From Alphaproteobacteria bacterium (lineage in GTDB: Bacteria > Pseudomonadota > Alphaproteobacteria > GCA-2746255), in NCBI GenBank assembly GCA_965249135.1, contig OZ252220.1:1920001-1984000 (forward strand): a stretch of 64,000 nt of DNA, given 5' to 3'. Shown piece by piece: positions 18,870 through 29,527 of the stretch. How positions within the stretch are numbered: the stretch's first letter is position 1; each line of letters starts with the position of its first letter. The notes under the pieces were generated by a model. That model worked only from the letters and a program-made list of their open reading frames with translations. It ran no database searches and had not been told where the DNA came from. The position numbers were made by a program, and so were the translations under genes.

Positions 18870-19595
18870 ATGTGGCGCGACGTAGTCGATTTAAGAGATT
18901 TTTATGCGACCAGCATCGGCCATATTGCGCGCCGGATGATCTGGACGCAAATCCGCCGGTTGTGGCCGAATCTGATTGGGCAGTCGGTTCTGGGCGTAGG
19001 CTATGCGACGCCCTATCTCGGTCCTTTCCGCAAAGAGGCCAGCCGCACACTGGCCCTGATGCCCGCTTCCCAAGGGGCCCTGCCATGGCTACCGCAAGGC
19101 CCGGGTCTGACCACCTTGTCGGAGGAATCCGAACTGCCCTTTCCAGACCTTTCAATGGATCGGATCCTGCTCGTCCACGGCCTTGAATTCAGCGACCATG
19201 CGCGCTCGATGATGCGCGAAATTTGGCGCGTGCTTGCCGATGGCGGCCGTCTCCTTGTCGTCGTTCCGAACCGGCGAGGCATATGGGCGCGTCTTGAACG
19301 AACGCCTTTCGGGCATGGAAGCCCCTATACGACGTCACAACTCTCCCGACTGCTGCGTGAAAATATGTTCACCCCAGTGGAGACCAGCCGAGCACTCTTC
19401 GTACCGCCGACTACTTCAAAGGTTTTGTTGAGTTCGGCCCCCGCTTGGGAAAAGCTAGGCCTGCATTGGTTTCCGACCTTCGCCGGGGTCATTTTGATGG
19501 AAGCCAGCAAGCAGATTTACGCGGTCGCATCGATAACACCGGAACGGCGCCGGTCCTATGTGCCCATTTCCGATGGTGTCTCGCAGCGAAACTAA
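18870..19595 (+). CDS. Class I SAM-dependent methyltransferase (YafS-like)
   Basis: LGVGYATPY, LPFPD; divergent from gloB. Confidence 0.8.
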   Translation: MWRDVVDLRDFYATSIGHIARRMIWTQIRRLWPNLIGQSVLGVGYATPYLGPFRKEASRTLALMPASQGALPWLPQGPGLTTLSEESELPFPDLSMDRILLVHGLEFSDHARSMMREIWRVLADGGRLLVVVPNRRGIWARLERTPFGHGSPYTTSQLSRLLRENMFTPVETSRALFVPPTTSKVLLSSAPAWEKLGLHWFPTFAGVILMEASKQIYAVASITPERRRSYVPISDGVSQRN

Positions 19596-20233
19596 GTGCT
19601 TCTGCGGCGCAGCAGGAAGACGGCTTGTTCGCCGAAAAGATTCGGAAAGAAATGGGCGAGTCCCGATCGACCAGCTCGGCCGGAATGGTCAAGCGAAATT
19701 CGCTTTTCCATGACAATGCCGAGTTCTTTGCACAAATCGATAAAATCGCGAATCGTGCAATTGTGAATATTGGGTGTTTCGTACCACGGTCGATTAAAGG
19801 CGCCTCCAATTGGCATCTTCCCGCGCAAAAGCAGATCCAAACGGACACGCCAATAGCCGAAATTATGGAAGGAGATGATCGCCCGGTGGCTGATGCGAAG
19901 CATTTCCGAAAGCACTTCCTTTGGGGCGTGCATTGCCTGCAGGGTTTGACTGAGCACGACGTAGTCGAAGGACTGCACAGGGTAATCCTTGAGGTCCGTT
20001 TCCGCATCGCCTTGGATAACGGAAAGCCCCCGGCTGACACAGAGGTGAACGCGCTCCTGCTTGATTTCAATTCCCCGACCATCGACCTGTTTTTCATGGA
20101 CGAGATAATCGAGAAGGCCACCATCCCCGCAACCGATGTCAAGCACGCGGCTGCCGGGTGCAACGATCTCGGCAATGCGCTGCAGGTCGACACGGATGGG
20201 TGGCAGGTGATTGTTGGCTTGCGTTTCAGTCAT
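19592..20233 (-). CDS. metW: Methionine biosynthesis protein MetW
   Basis: [24 protein letters not shown]; downstream of metX. Confidence 0.92.
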   Translation of the reverse strand: MTETQANNHLPPIRVDLQRIAEIVAPGSRVLDIGCGDGGLLDYLVHEKQVDGRGIEIKQERVHLCVSRGLSVIQGDAETDLKDYPVQSFDYVVLSQTLQAMHAPKEVLSEMLRISHRAIISFHNFGYWRVRLDLLLRGKMPIGGAFNRPWYETPNIHNCTIRDFIDLCKELGIVMEKRISLDHSGRAGRSGLAHFFPNLFGEQAVFLLRRRST

Positions 20234-21381
20234 GGCTGCGTTAGCCCCCGATGTTCGGCGGCGCCATTCAGGAATCCCTGAAGGGTTTCCATGAATTTCG
20301 GTTCGTCCAGCAGAAAGGCATCGTGGCCCATGTCGGTATCGATCTCCACGAAACTGACGTTCGCGGCGACCCCATTCAGGGCATGCACGACCTCACGACT
20401 TTCGGCCGTAGGAAAAAGCCAGTCGCTGGTGAAAGAGATGACGCAGAAGCGGGTCTGCGTTCCACGAAACGCATTCGCCAATATGCCATCGTGTTCGCTC
20501 ACGAGGTCAAAATAATCCATGGCACGCGTAATATAGAGATAGGAGTTTGCATCGAACCGATCGACAAAGGTGCTCCCCTGGTGACGAAGGTAGCTTTCAA
20601 CCTGAAAATCCGCATCGAAACCATAGGTCACGGCTTTCCGGTCTTGAAGTGCACGGCCAAATTTCCGCGTCAATGCTGCTTCCGAAAGGTAAGTTATGTG
20701 TGCGGCCATGCGTGCCACGGCCAAACCGCGTGTCGGCCGCTTTCCATGGGTTAAATAATCGCCGCCACACCAATCGGGGTCCGAGATAATGGCTTGGCGT
20801 CCAACTTCGTGAAAGGCGATGTTCTGGGCAGAATGCCGTGCCGCAGCCGCGATAGGGACGGCGGAAAATACACGCTCCGGAAAGTTTGCGGCCCATTGCA
20901 GCACCTGCATGCCGCCCATTGAACCGCCGATGACGCAAAACAACTGTTCGATGTTCAGGTGGTCGAGTAAGAGCGCCTGCGCACGCACGATGTCGGCAAT
21001 CGTGATCACCGGGAAATCGAGTCCATAGGGCTTACCGGTGGCGGGATTAATTTCCTTCGGCCCGCTCGTCCCCATGCAACCACCCAGCACATTCGAGCAG
21101 ATAATAAAATAGCGCTCCGGGTCCAGGGGTCGCCCGGCTCCGATCACCCGATCCCACCAACCAGGCTTCTCCTGCTCAGGGTGAGCGCCAGCGACGTATT
21201 GATCTCCTGTCAACGCATGGCAAACCAGGATCGCGTTCGTGCGATCGGCGTTGAGGCGTCCGTAGGTCTGATAAGCGATGGTGAAGGGACCAAGGCCGAC
21301 ACCGCGGTCGAGAGAAAGCGGCGTCGCGGTCCCCAGCTCAACTTTTCCACCCTCGCCGACAACTTCGCTGACCTGTGACAT
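20230..21381 (-). CDS. metX: Homoserine O-acyltransferase
   Basis: [26 protein letters not shown]. Confidence 0.93.
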   Translation of the reverse strand: MSQVSEVVGEGGKVELGTATPLSLDRGVGLGPFTIAYQTYGRLNADRTNAILVCHALTGDQYVAGAHPEQEKPGWWDRVIGAGRPLDPERYFIICSNVLGGCMGTSGPKEINPATGKPYGLDFPVITIADIVRAQALLLDHLNIEQLFCVIGGSMGGMQVLQWAANFPERVFSAVPIAAAARHSAQNIAFHEVGRQAIISDPDWCGGDYLTHGKRPTRGLAVARMAAHITYLSEAALTRKFGRALQDRKAVTYGFDADFQVESYLRHQGSTFVDRFDANSYLYITRAMDYFDLVSEHDGILANAFRGTQTRFCVISFTSDWLFPTAESREVVHALNGVAANVSFVEIDTDMGHDAFLLDEPKFMETLQGFLNGAAEHRGLTQP

Positions 21382-21542
21382 GGCTGCGCTTACGGATTGG
21401 TTCCGTCCTTCGAAGACCGGTTTGGAAAGGTTGCATAGCTAGGTTCCAGGGATCGGACTGTCAATGTTTTCTTTGATTTTCCAAGCATCTCCGACTACTA
21501 CTAACGCCCACTAACGCCTCGCGAAATTTGGTTTGGAACGAG

Positions 21543-22448
21543 ATGGCGGACGGGAGATCCCTTGAGGAGCTGCGCCACGATATCGATCAGATTGACGACT
21601 CCATCCAGGAGCTTTTATGGCAGCGGACGGCTGTCGTCGAAAGGATTCGGGCGTTTAAGCACAAGCAGCGTGCCTTCCGGCGCGGCGGATTCTTTCGGCC
21701 TAGCCGCGAACATGAGGTCCTAAGGCGACTCGTTCATCGTCATCGCGGGCGTTTCCCGAAATCGGCCCTTGTCCAAATTTGGCGGGCAATCATTGCGGCG
21801 CATTTAGCGCATCAGGAAAACTTCTCCCTCTCCGTGTACCACCCGAAATCAAAAGATAGGTGCTGGGATCTGGCGCGCGAGCAATACGGGCCTATCGTGC
21901 CGATGACCTCCGAATCTTCGGTGACGACGGTTCTTAGGAAAGTTGCTGAACGCACCGCGTCCGCCGGCGTGCTTCCGGTCCCAGGGAAAAAGGAAGATTC
22001 CTGGTGGCGGCATCTCACGGAACGCTTTTCAGACTTGCAAATCGTCGCCGGTCTTCCGTTTGCCGACTTCCAAAGCGGTAGCGAAGGGGTGCAGGCCTTG
22101 ATCGTCGCGCCAATTTCAGCGGAACCGACCGGAAAGGATCGCAGTTTCCTGGTTGTTGAATCATCGGCTGGCATCAGTCCTGTACGGCTCACAAGGGCGC
22201 TTACTCGTGAAAGGATCAGCGGCCGATCCGTACTTTCATGGCGAAATGCCGCGAAACGTCAAAAGAGCCTTTCCCTGATCGAGGTGGATGGATTTTTTGG
22301 TAAAGAGGATCCTATGCTTGACCGCGTTTTAAAACGCCTTGGACGGCCGGCACAGAGGGTTCGTGTCATCGGAAGCTACGCCGTGCCGCTGAACGGCGCG
22401 CAACGGAAGCGAAAGGGGAAACCTTCCAGTGAGCGCTCCAAAGCTTAG
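21543..22448 (+). CDS. Chorismate mutase domain protein (PheA-like, degenerate PDT region)
   Basis: SLEELRHDIDQID AroQ N-terminus, RPSRE, C-terminal IGSYAVP; upstream of hisC-tyrC. Confidence 0.8.
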   Translation: MADGRSLEELRHDIDQIDDSIQELLWQRTAVVERIRAFKHKQRAFRRGGFFRPSREHEVLRRLVHRHRGRFPKSALVQIWRAIIAAHLAHQENFSLSVYHPKSKDRCWDLAREQYGPIVPMTSESSVTTVLRKVAERTASAGVLPVPGKKEDSWWRHLTERFSDLQIVAGLPFADFQSGSEGVQALIVAPISAEPTGKDRSFLVVESSAGISPVRLTRALTRERISGRSVLSWRNAAKRQKSLSLIEVDGFFGKEDPMLDRVLKRLGRPAQRVRVIGSYAVPLNGAQRKRKGKPSSERSKA

Positions 22449-23517
22449 GCCTGGCATTCTCGGGATTACGCCTTATGTCGGCGGGGAATCGCACCTTCCC
22501 GGTATGGAGAGCGCGATCAAACTCTCGTCGAATGAAGGCGCGCTCGGACCGAGTCCGAAGGCGATCGAGGCGTATCTGGCGGCGGCCGCCGATTTGCAAC
22601 GCTACCCGGATGGAAGTTCGGCCGGGTTGCGCAAGGCCATTGGCGAGCGATTCGGGCTCGACCCTGAACGGATCGTCTGCGGCAACGGCTCGGACGATCT
22701 CCTCGCCTTACTTACCCGGGCCTATGCCGGCCCGGAGGACGAAGTCCTCCATAGCGAGCATGGCTTCCTCATCTTTCCGATCTTGGCCCGTAGCGTCGGC
22801 GCGACGCCGGTTGCCGTACCCGAGCAGAACCTGACGGCCGATGTGGACGGATTTCTTGCGCGCGTGACGGCACATACGCGGATTGTCTTGCTTGCGAACC
22901 CGAACAACCCGACGGGAAGCTACCTTGATGGGGAAGCGCTTTGTCACTTGCGACAAGAATTGCCGCCGGAAGTTTTACTGGTGATCGATTCGGCCTATGC
23001 GGAATTCGTGACGGAAACGAACTACTCGGCGGGGGTTGATCTGGTCGACGCGGGCGAAAACGTCGTTATGACGCGGACGTTTTCAAAGATTTTTGCCTTG
23101 AGCGCCCTTCGCATTGGTTGGGCGTATTGCCCGCCGGCAATCGCGGACGTGCTCAATCGGTTGCGCCTTCCCTTTAACGTTGTGGGCCCGGCGCAGGCGG
23201 CGGGGGTGGCGGCACTCAAGGACGTCGCATTTTTTGATCAAGCAAAGGCCCACAACGTGCAATGGCGAACGTGGCTTGCCGAGGAATTGAAAAAGATTGG
23301 CCTTCAGGTTTATCCAAGTGTTGCGAATTTTCTTCTCGTGCGCTTTCCTGACGATCCGTCACGGAATGCCGATGCCGCGAATCAATTTCTGAATGAGAAG
23401 GGAATCATTCCTCGTAAGGTTGAAAACTATGGCCTTCTTGGCTGTCTGCGAATTACGATCGGCAAAGAAAGCGAACTGCGTGCAGTCGTGAAAGTGCTTG
23501 CCGACTTCATGGGTTAG
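22429..23517 (+). CDS. hisC: Histidinol-phosphate aminotransferase
   Basis: KLSSNE, NPNNPTG, RTFSK, LRIG. Confidence 0.92.
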   Translation: MSAPKLRPGILGITPYVGGESHLPGMESAIKLSSNEGALGPSPKAIEAYLAAAADLQRYPDGSSAGLRKAIGERFGLDPERIVCGNGSDDLLALLTRAYAGPEDEVLHSEHGFLIFPILARSVGATPVAVPEQNLTADVDGFLARVTAHTRIVLLANPNNPTGSYLDGEALCHLRQELPPEVLLVIDSAYAEFVTETNYSAGVDLVDAGENVVMTRTFSKIFALSALRIGWAYCPPAIADVLNRLRLPFNVVGPAQAAGVAALKDVAFFDQAKAHNVQWRTWLAEELKKIGLQVYPSVANFLLVRFPDDPSRNADAANQFLNEKGIIPRKVENYGLLGCLRITIGKESELRAVVKVLADFMG

Positions 23518-23520
23518 ACG

Positions 23521-24408
23521 ATGACATCAACTCCTTTGTTTGGATCGATTGCGTTGATTGGCTTGGGGCTGATCGGGTCTTCGCTCGCCCGCGTCATGAA
23601 ACGCGAAGGCCTGGCGGGCGAGATCGTCGGCTGCGCACAAAGCCAGGCAACGCGCGACAAGGCGATGGAACTTGGTTTCGTGGATCGCGTGGAAACGGAT
23701 GCGGGCAAGGCGGCGGAGGGTGCCGATCTTGTCGTGATCTGTACGCCCCTTGGCACGTACAAGGCATTGGGCGAAGCGATCGCACCACATTTGAAAAAGG
23801 GTGCGATCCTGAGCGATGTGGGTTCCGTCAAGGAGGCCGTCCTGCGCGAACTCGGCCCGCTTGTCCCGGAAGGGGCTCATTTCGTGCCGGCCCACCCGGT
23901 TGCCGGCACGGAACATTCCGGCCCGGAGGCGGGCTTCGACACCCTTTTCGAGGAGCGCTGGTGCGTGCTGACGCCGCCGAAGGGAACTTCGACGCAAGCC
24001 GTTAAACGCGTTGCCGAACTTTGGCGACGGGTCGGCAGCAAGATCGAGATCATGGATGCCGCTCATCATGACAAGGTCATGGCCATCACGTCCCATCTGC
24101 CCCACTTGATTGCCTACACCATTGTTGGGACGGCGACGGATTTGGAAGAAAGTGCGCGTGCCGAAGTCATCAAGTTTTCCGCATCCGGATTTCGTGACTT
24201 CACACGCATCGCGGCCTCGGATCCAGTCATGTGGCGGGACATTTTCCTGAACAATCAGGAGGCGGTTCTTGAGATGTTGGGTCGATTCAGCGAGGATCTC
24301 ACGGCCTTGCAACGGGCGATTCGTTGGGGTGACGAGAAAAAACTGCAGGATCTCTTCACGCGAACGCGTGCCATCCGCCGCAGTATCATTGACGCGAAGC
24401 AAGCTTAG
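23521..24408 (+). CDS. tyrC: Cyclohexadienyl/prephenate dehydrogenase
   Basis: GLGLIGSS, DVGSVK, HPVAGTE, SHLPH, GFRDFTRIA. Confidence 0.9.
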   Translation: MTSTPLFGSIALIGLGLIGSSLARVMKREGLAGEIVGCAQSQATRDKAMELGFVDRVETDAGKAAEGADLVVICTPLGTYKALGEAIAPHLKKGAILSDVGSVKEAVLRELGPLVPEGAHFVPAHPVAGTEHSGPEAGFDTLFEERWCVLTPPKGTSTQAVKRVAELWRRVGSKIEIMDAAHHDKVMAITSHLPHLIAYTIVGTATDLEESARAEVIKFSASGFRDFTRIAASDPVMWRDIFLNNQEAVLEMLGRFSEDLTALQRAIRWGDEKKLQDLFTRTRAIRRSIIDAKQA

Positions 24409-24475
24409 GACGACACCGTCGCGTTTATTTGTATAGGACGTGGGACAGGTGGGGCCGCTCGGCCGATCCAACGGG

Positions 24476-25006
24476 ATGATCGAAGACACAACTGCGTGGG
24501 TTTTTGCTTACGGCTCGTTGATGTGGAATCCGGGGTTCGAGTATCTCGAGGAACACCCGGCGCTTCTACGGGGGTACCATCGGGCCCTCTGCATTTTCTC
24601 GCATATTTACCGGGGTTCGGAGGAAAAGCCGGGCTTGGTCCTTGGCCTTAACCGGGGGGGCGCTTGTCAGGGACGCGCATTTCGCATTCCTCACGAACGC
24701 GAAGCGGAAATCCTTACCTATCTCGATGATCGAGAGCTGGTAACAGGGGTGTATGTAAGGCGGGGCCTTCCCGTGGGCATTCCGGGGGGTCGGGTCTTGG
24801 CCCATGCCTATGTGGCGAATCCGACCCACCCTCAATACGCCGGGAAGGTGGCGCCGGAAAAAGCCGCCCGGATCATTGCCGAACGGGCAGGGCCTGCGGG
24901 AACGAATCTTGAGTACTTCGAGAACACGGTCAATCATCTCGAAACCCTCGGCATCCGTGATCACGGCCTCCTTCGAATCCGTGAAATCCTTCGAACCTTC
25001 TCCTGA
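24476..25006 (+). CDS. chaC: Glutathione-specific gamma-glutamylcyclotransferase
   Basis: WVFAYGSLMW, RGSEEKPGLVLGL. Confidence 0.88.
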   Translation: MIEDTTAWVFAYGSLMWNPGFEYLEEHPALLRGYHRALCIFSHIYRGSEEKPGLVLGLNRGGACQGRAFRIPHEREAEILTYLDDRELVTGVYVRRGLPVGIPGGRVLAHAYVANPTHPQYAGKVAPEKAARIIAERAGPAGTNLEYFENTVNHLETLGIRDHGLLRIREILRTFS

Positions 25007-25026
25007 GTGCCGGCGTGAGAGAGGTG

Positions 25027-27342
25027 CTAGGCGCACCTTGAATAGTCACACGATGTGCACAGATCACACCCTTCTTGGTAGATTATGCTCGCCTCGCCAC
25101 ATTTTGGACATTGCGGGAGGCGCTGGCTGAGCATTCCGACGACCTGCCTCTCCGCCCTGGCTTGCGGTTTTTCTTCGGCTTGTGGTCCCGTCAGGAACCC
25201 GATTTCGATCATGTGCCGTTCGATGACTTCGCCAATGGCGGCAAGAAGCGAAGGCACATAACGGCCACCCACCCATTGGCCGCCACGTGGATCGAAGACA
25301 GCCTTCAGTTCATCGACGACGAAAGAAACGTCACCACCACGGCGGAAGACGGCGCTAATCATGCGGGTAAGGGCGACCGTCCAGGCATAGTGTTCCATGT
25401 TCTTCGAGTTGATGAAAATCTCGAACGGACGACGGCGACCATCCTGAACCACGTCGTTGATCGTGATGTACATGGCGTGGTCGCTGTCGGGCCACTTCAC
25501 CTTGTAAGTCTGTCCCGGAAGCTCCCCCGGCCGGTCGAGGGGCCGGGTCATGTAGACGACCCCGCCAGCCTCGAACGCGTCTCCCGGCTGTGGCCCAACG
25601 CTTTGATGGTCGAGCGGCAACTCTTCCTGCGTTTCGTGCGGCGCCTCTTCCTCGGCAACCAGCACCGCGCCGGTAACCTCGTTCGGGCGATAGGTCGTGC
25701 AGCCCTTGCAGCCCATCTCGTAAGCATCGAGGTAGACGTCCCGAAAATCTTCGAAGGATAGGCCTTCCGGGCAATTGATCGTTTTCGAAATCGAGCTGTC
25801 CACATAGGCTTGCACGGTGATCTGCATGCGCAGATGTTCGCGTGGCGTCAGGTGTTGGGTGTCGATGAAATAGTCCGGAAGGAGTGCTTTTTCTCCTCTC
25901 ATTCGGTGGTAGAGGCGATAGGCGTAATCGATTACTCCCTCTTCCCGCCGGCTACCATCCGGCATCTGGATGTTTCGCTTGTAGGTGTAGCTGAAGACCG
26001 GCTCCAATCCGGAGGAGGCATTATCGGCCAAAAGCGATATCGTTCCTGTCGGCGCTATCGAAGTGAGAAGGGAATTACGTATACCTTTCTTGCGGATTGC
26101 TTCCTGGACGTCTGTGTCGAGTTCCTGAATGGTCTGGCTGGCAAGGTAGGCTTTTGCGTCGTAGAGCGGAAAACTGCCTTTCTCCTCGGCAAGCTCCGTC
26201 GAGGTGAAATACGCAGCACGTTGGATCGTATGCATCCATTCCTTGGTCAGTTCAATCGCTCGCTTGCCGCCGTAGCGCGTCTCGCAAAGGATTAGCGCAT
26301 CCGCAAGGCCGGTTACACCGAGGCCGATTCGCCGTTTCATTTGCGCTTCATGTTGCTGCTGGGGCAGTGGGAACTTCGAGACGTCGATCACATTATCAAG
26401 CATACGAATGGCGACGGAGACGATCTTGGAAAGTTCGTCATGCTCTATTCGCGCTTTATCCGAGAATGGATTGCGAACCAAACGGGCCAGATTGACCGAC
26501 CCCAACAAGCAGGCGCCATAAGGCGGCAGGGGTTGTTCACCGCAGGGATTCGTCGCGTGGATTTCTTCGCAGTAATAGAGGTTGTTCCGTTGATTTATCC
26601 GATCGATGAAGATGACGCCGGGTTCCGCATAGGCATATGTCGCCCGCATGATTTTGTCCCACAACTCGCGGGCCGGAAGACTCTTGTAACAGACCCCATC
26701 GAAGATCAGTTCCCACGATCCATCCTCCTTCACGGCCTTCATAAACGCGTCCGTCACCAGGACGGAAAGGTTGAACATGCGCAACCGCCCGGCTTCCCGC
26801 TTTGCCTCGATGAAGGCTTCGATGTCGGGGTGATCGCAACGCATCGTGGCCATCATGGCCCCGCGACGGGAACCTGCGCTCATGATCGTCCGGCACATGG
26901 CATCCCATACGTCCATGAAAGAAAGCGGCCCGGAGGCATCCGCACCGACGCCATGAACCGGCGCACCCTTCGGCCGGAGCGTTGAAAAGTCGTAGCCGAT
27001 GCCGCCGCCCTGCTGCATCGTCAGCGCCGCCTCCTTCAAATTCTCGAAGATACCGCCCATGTCGTCCGGGATCGTTCCCATGACGAAGCAGTTGAAAAGT
27101 GTGACGCCTCTCTTGGCACCCGCACCCGCAACGATTCGGCCGGCCGGCAGAAAGTGAAAATCCGCCATGACCTCGTAAAAACGGTCCGCCCACCGATCGG
27201 GGTCTTTTTCCGGCTGGGCAAGAGCCTTCGCGACCCGCCGCCAGGTGTCCTCGATGGTTTTATCCACAGGCTCGCCGGTGGCGGTCTTCAAGCGGTATTT
27301 CATGTCCCAGATTTGTTGGGAGATGGGGGCGACGGAAACCAT
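25027..27342 (-). CDS. nrdJ: Adenosylcobalamin-dependent class II ribonucleotide reductase
   Basis: TLFNCFV, TNPCGEQ, APTGTIS, C-terminal TSCPD-like domain and Cys ribbon. Confidence 0.93.
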   Translation of the reverse strand: MVSVAPISQQIWDMKYRLKTATGEPVDKTIEDTWRRVAKALAQPEKDPDRWADRFYEVMADFHFLPAGRIVAGAGAKRGVTLFNCFVMGTIPDDMGGIFENLKEAALTMQQGGGIGYDFSTLRPKGAPVHGVGADASGPLSFMDVWDAMCRTIMSAGSRRGAMMATMRCDHPDIEAFIEAKREAGRLRMFNLSVLVTDAFMKAVKEDGSWELIFDGVCYKSLPARELWDKIMRATYAYAEPGVIFIDRINQRNNLYYCEEIHATNPCGEQPLPPYGACLLGSVNLARLVRNPFSDKARIEHDELSKIVSVAIRMLDNVIDVSKFPLPQQQHEAQMKRRIGLGVTGLADALILCETRYGGKRAIELTKEWMHTIQRAAYFTSTELAEEKGSFPLYDAKAYLASQTIQELDTDVQEAIRKKGIRNSLLTSIAPTGTISLLADNASSGLEPVFSYTYKRNIQMPDGSRREEGVIDYAYRLYHRMRGEKALLPDYFIDTQHLTPREHLRMQITVQAYVDSSISKTINCPEGLSFEDFRDVYLDAYEMGCKGCTTYRPNEVTGAVLVAEEEAPHETQEELPLDHQSVGPQPGDAFEAGGVVYMTRPLDRPGELPGQTYKVKWPDSDHAMYITINDVVQDGRRRPFEIFINSKNMEHYAWTVALTRMISAVFRRGGDVSFVVDELKAVFDPRGGQWVGGRYVPSLLAAIGEVIERHMIEIGFLTGPQAEEKPQARAERQVVGMLSQRLPQCPKCGEASIIYQEGCDLCTSCDYSRCA

Positions 27343-27440
27343 GGCAGGCCTTGGGCGTTACGAAAGGACGGTGCGTTCAACTTCCCGGAGAATCCGATAA
27401 ATTATTCTAAAAGCTAGCAATTTTTAGATACGACCTCACT

Positions 27441-27581
27441 ACTCTAGGTGGCCGGATGGTGGCCGTCAAGGGAATGTTCTTGTTATGTTTCCACACGAGC
27501 CGCAGCTTTCAATATCATGTTTCCAAGTCATATTTTTAGATTATTCCGGCTTTTCATGGACCGATTTCCCGCTTATCCACA
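27441..27581 (-). promoter_or_regulatory. nrdJ promoter region with DnaA box and possible SOS box
   Basis: TTGACG-17-TAGAGT (27469-27441); GTTC-N7-GTTT at 27476-27490; TTATCCACA at 27573-27581. Confidence 0.5.
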
Positions 27582-27639
27582 GCTTCGTCCACGCCGCGCC
27601 ATTCGGAAATTCGAAGCAGGCGAGCCTTTTCCCAGCTCC

Positions 27640-28341
27640 CTAGAGAAGCTTGGTGGTAGCGCCTTCGATTTGTCGCTCGAGTTCAGCCAGGAAGGCTTCC
27701 TTCCTGAGGCCCGTCGGGATGGGCGGCAGGAACTCAAGAATGACCTTCCCTGGCCGCTTGATGAAGCTTCGCCGGCGCCAGAAAAGACCGGAATTCAAAG
27801 CCACCGGTACGACCGGGACATGAAGGTGGGAATAAAGCGCCACAATACCCGGGTGATAGGGGCGATGGCTTCCTGGCGCCACTCGCGTGCCTTCCGGAAA
27901 CACGATAATCGGCCGTCCTTCCGCGAGCACTTCCTTGGCACGCTGCAGCATTCGCCGAACCGCGATGATGCCTGCCTTCCGGTCGATCGGGACAAGATGG
28001 GCCCTCCACACGTAAAGGCCAAAAATCGGAATGAAGAGAATTTCACGCTTGATAACAAAACTCGGGTTATTGAGGACGAAGACATACGCCATCGTTTCCC
28101 ATGCTGACTGATGTTTCGAGGCGATGATGCAAGGTCCTGACGGCAGATGTTTCCGTCCACGAATCTCGACCGTGATACCGACAACGTGTTCCAGTAGCCA
28201 TGCCATGCTTCTGGTCCAGAATCGTTGCAGAAAAATTTGTTTTTGTCTGGGGAGCAGGAGAAGCGGCAGAAAGCCAAACGCGAGGATGGCTGTCCATCCG
28301 AAGAACAGCAGATTGAAGATGGCAGAACGCAAGAAAATCAT
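27640..28341 (-). CDS. plsC: 1-acyl-sn-glycerol-3-phosphate acyltransferase
   Basis: KHQSAWET, FPEGTR. Confidence 0.88.
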   Translation of the reverse strand: MIFLRSAIFNLLFFGWTAILAFGFLPLLLLPRQKQIFLQRFWTRSMAWLLEHVVGITVEIRGRKHLPSGPCIIASKHQSAWETMAYVFVLNNPSFVIKREILFIPIFGLYVWRAHLVPIDRKAGIIAVRRMLQRAKEVLAEGRPIIVFPEGTRVAPGSHRPYHPGIVALYSHLHVPVVPVALNSGLFWRRRSFIKRPGKVILEFLPPIPTGLRKEAFLAELERQIEGATTKLL

Positions 28342-28979
28342 GACGATGCGATGTAGCCCGCAGTTTCTGATGCAAAGAAGCGCAGATGGGCCAGTAAAAA
28401 CTTATGATATTCCGCTAAAACCAGCTTTGCCGATCCTGGCCATCGCCACCACTGTTCGCGATGGAAGTTTTTCGGGAAGACGGGGTGCGGAATGATTTTT
28501 GCGCCTGGAATGGCATGATGGAATTCCAATAGGCTTCGTGGCATGTGGTAGTTTGCCGTGACCAGCCGTAACGACTGGAACCCTTCCCTTGTCATCCAAC
28601 TTGCTGTTTCACGCGCATTGCCGATGGTATCGCCTGCGGCATAACCGAGCTCGATACAGCAATCGGCTTCCTCCGGACGAATCGTCTCTGCGGGTAGAAT
28701 GTCCTTTACCTGCACGCGCCCGTTCACGCCTGAGATAAAAAGTTTTTTCCCCATGGCGGATCGATAGAGGTTCGTGCCCACTTCGAGCCGTTCACTGCCT
28801 CCTGTCAGCACGACGATGGCGTCGGTGTGCGTCTGCGTGTCGTCAATTCGTTCTGGAATCCGTTCGGTAAAACGTGTGAGCCCATAGGCCCATGCCAGGG
28901 CGAGAAAGGCCAGGAGAAGGTAGGCGAAAAGCCGAGGCTTGCGCGAACGCCGTTTGCGAAAAATGGGAGCCTGCCTCAT
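28338..28979 (-). CDS. YdcF/DUF218 family protein
   Basis: DAIVVLTGG, TIGNARE, VTANYHMPRS. Confidence 0.88.
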   Translation of the reverse strand: MRQAPIFRKRRSRKPRLFAYLLLAFLALAWAYGLTRFTERIPERIDDTQTHTDAIVVLTGGSERLEVGTNLYRSAMGKKLFISGVNGRVQVKDILPAETIRPEEADCCIELGYAAGDTIGNARETASWMTREGFQSLRLVTANYHMPRSLLEFHHAIPGAKIIPHPVFPKNFHREQWWRWPGSAKLVLAEYHKFLLAHLRFFASETAGYIASS

Positions 28980-29524
28980 TTGCCCTCCTTGAGAAGAGAG
29001 TCTACCGCCTCGGAAAGGTTCTCATAGACTGCGACGGGCAGCACGCCCTCTGGTAGCCCTGCCGCTTGGGTCACCGCTCCATTACCCGTACGGACCAGAA
29101 TGCGTGGGCAACCTAAAGCGGCCCCCGCTTCCAAATCGCGCAGCGCATCGCCGATCATCGGCGTCGTCGCCGGCGACGCCGAAAACCGTTCGAGGGCTTC
29201 CGTAAGCATGCCGGGGTTCGGTTTCCGGCGCGGGCCCGCCGCATCGGGCGTGTCGGTGCAGTAGAAGATGGCGTCCAGCCGAGCACCTTCCTTCTTAAGG
29301 GTGTGGCGGAGGTGGTCGTGAATTTGGCAAAGCATTGATTCGGCAATGATACCGCGGCCAACGACGGATTGATTGGTAACGACGGCGACCCGGATGCCTG
29401 CCTGATTCAGGCGCGCGAGCGCCTTTCCAGCACCGGGCAGTAAGACAAGTTCGTCCGGATGCTTGACGTAATCCGCGCGGTTTTCGTTTAACACGCCATC
29501 ACGGTCGAGAAGGACAAGCCGCAT
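28976..29524 (-). CDS. gmhB: D,D-heptose 1,7-bisphosphate phosphatase (HAD IIIA)
   Basis: LDRDGVLN, TNQS, RKPNPGM, IGD..RD. Confidence 0.8.
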   Translation of the reverse strand: MRLVLLDRDGVLNENRADYVKHPDELVLLPGAGKALARLNQAGIRVAVVTNQSVVGRGIIAESMLCQIHDHLRHTLKKEGARLDAIFYCTDTPDAAGPRRKPNPGMLTEALERFSASPATTPMIGDALRDLEAGAALGCPRILVRTGNGAVTQAAGLPEGVLPVAVYENLSEAVDSLLKEGK

Positions 29525-29527
29525 GGT

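Noticed and set aside
27434-27452. NrdR box over the nrdJ -10
   Set aside because: CACTACTCTAGGTG only loosely fits the consensus and no second box is evident.
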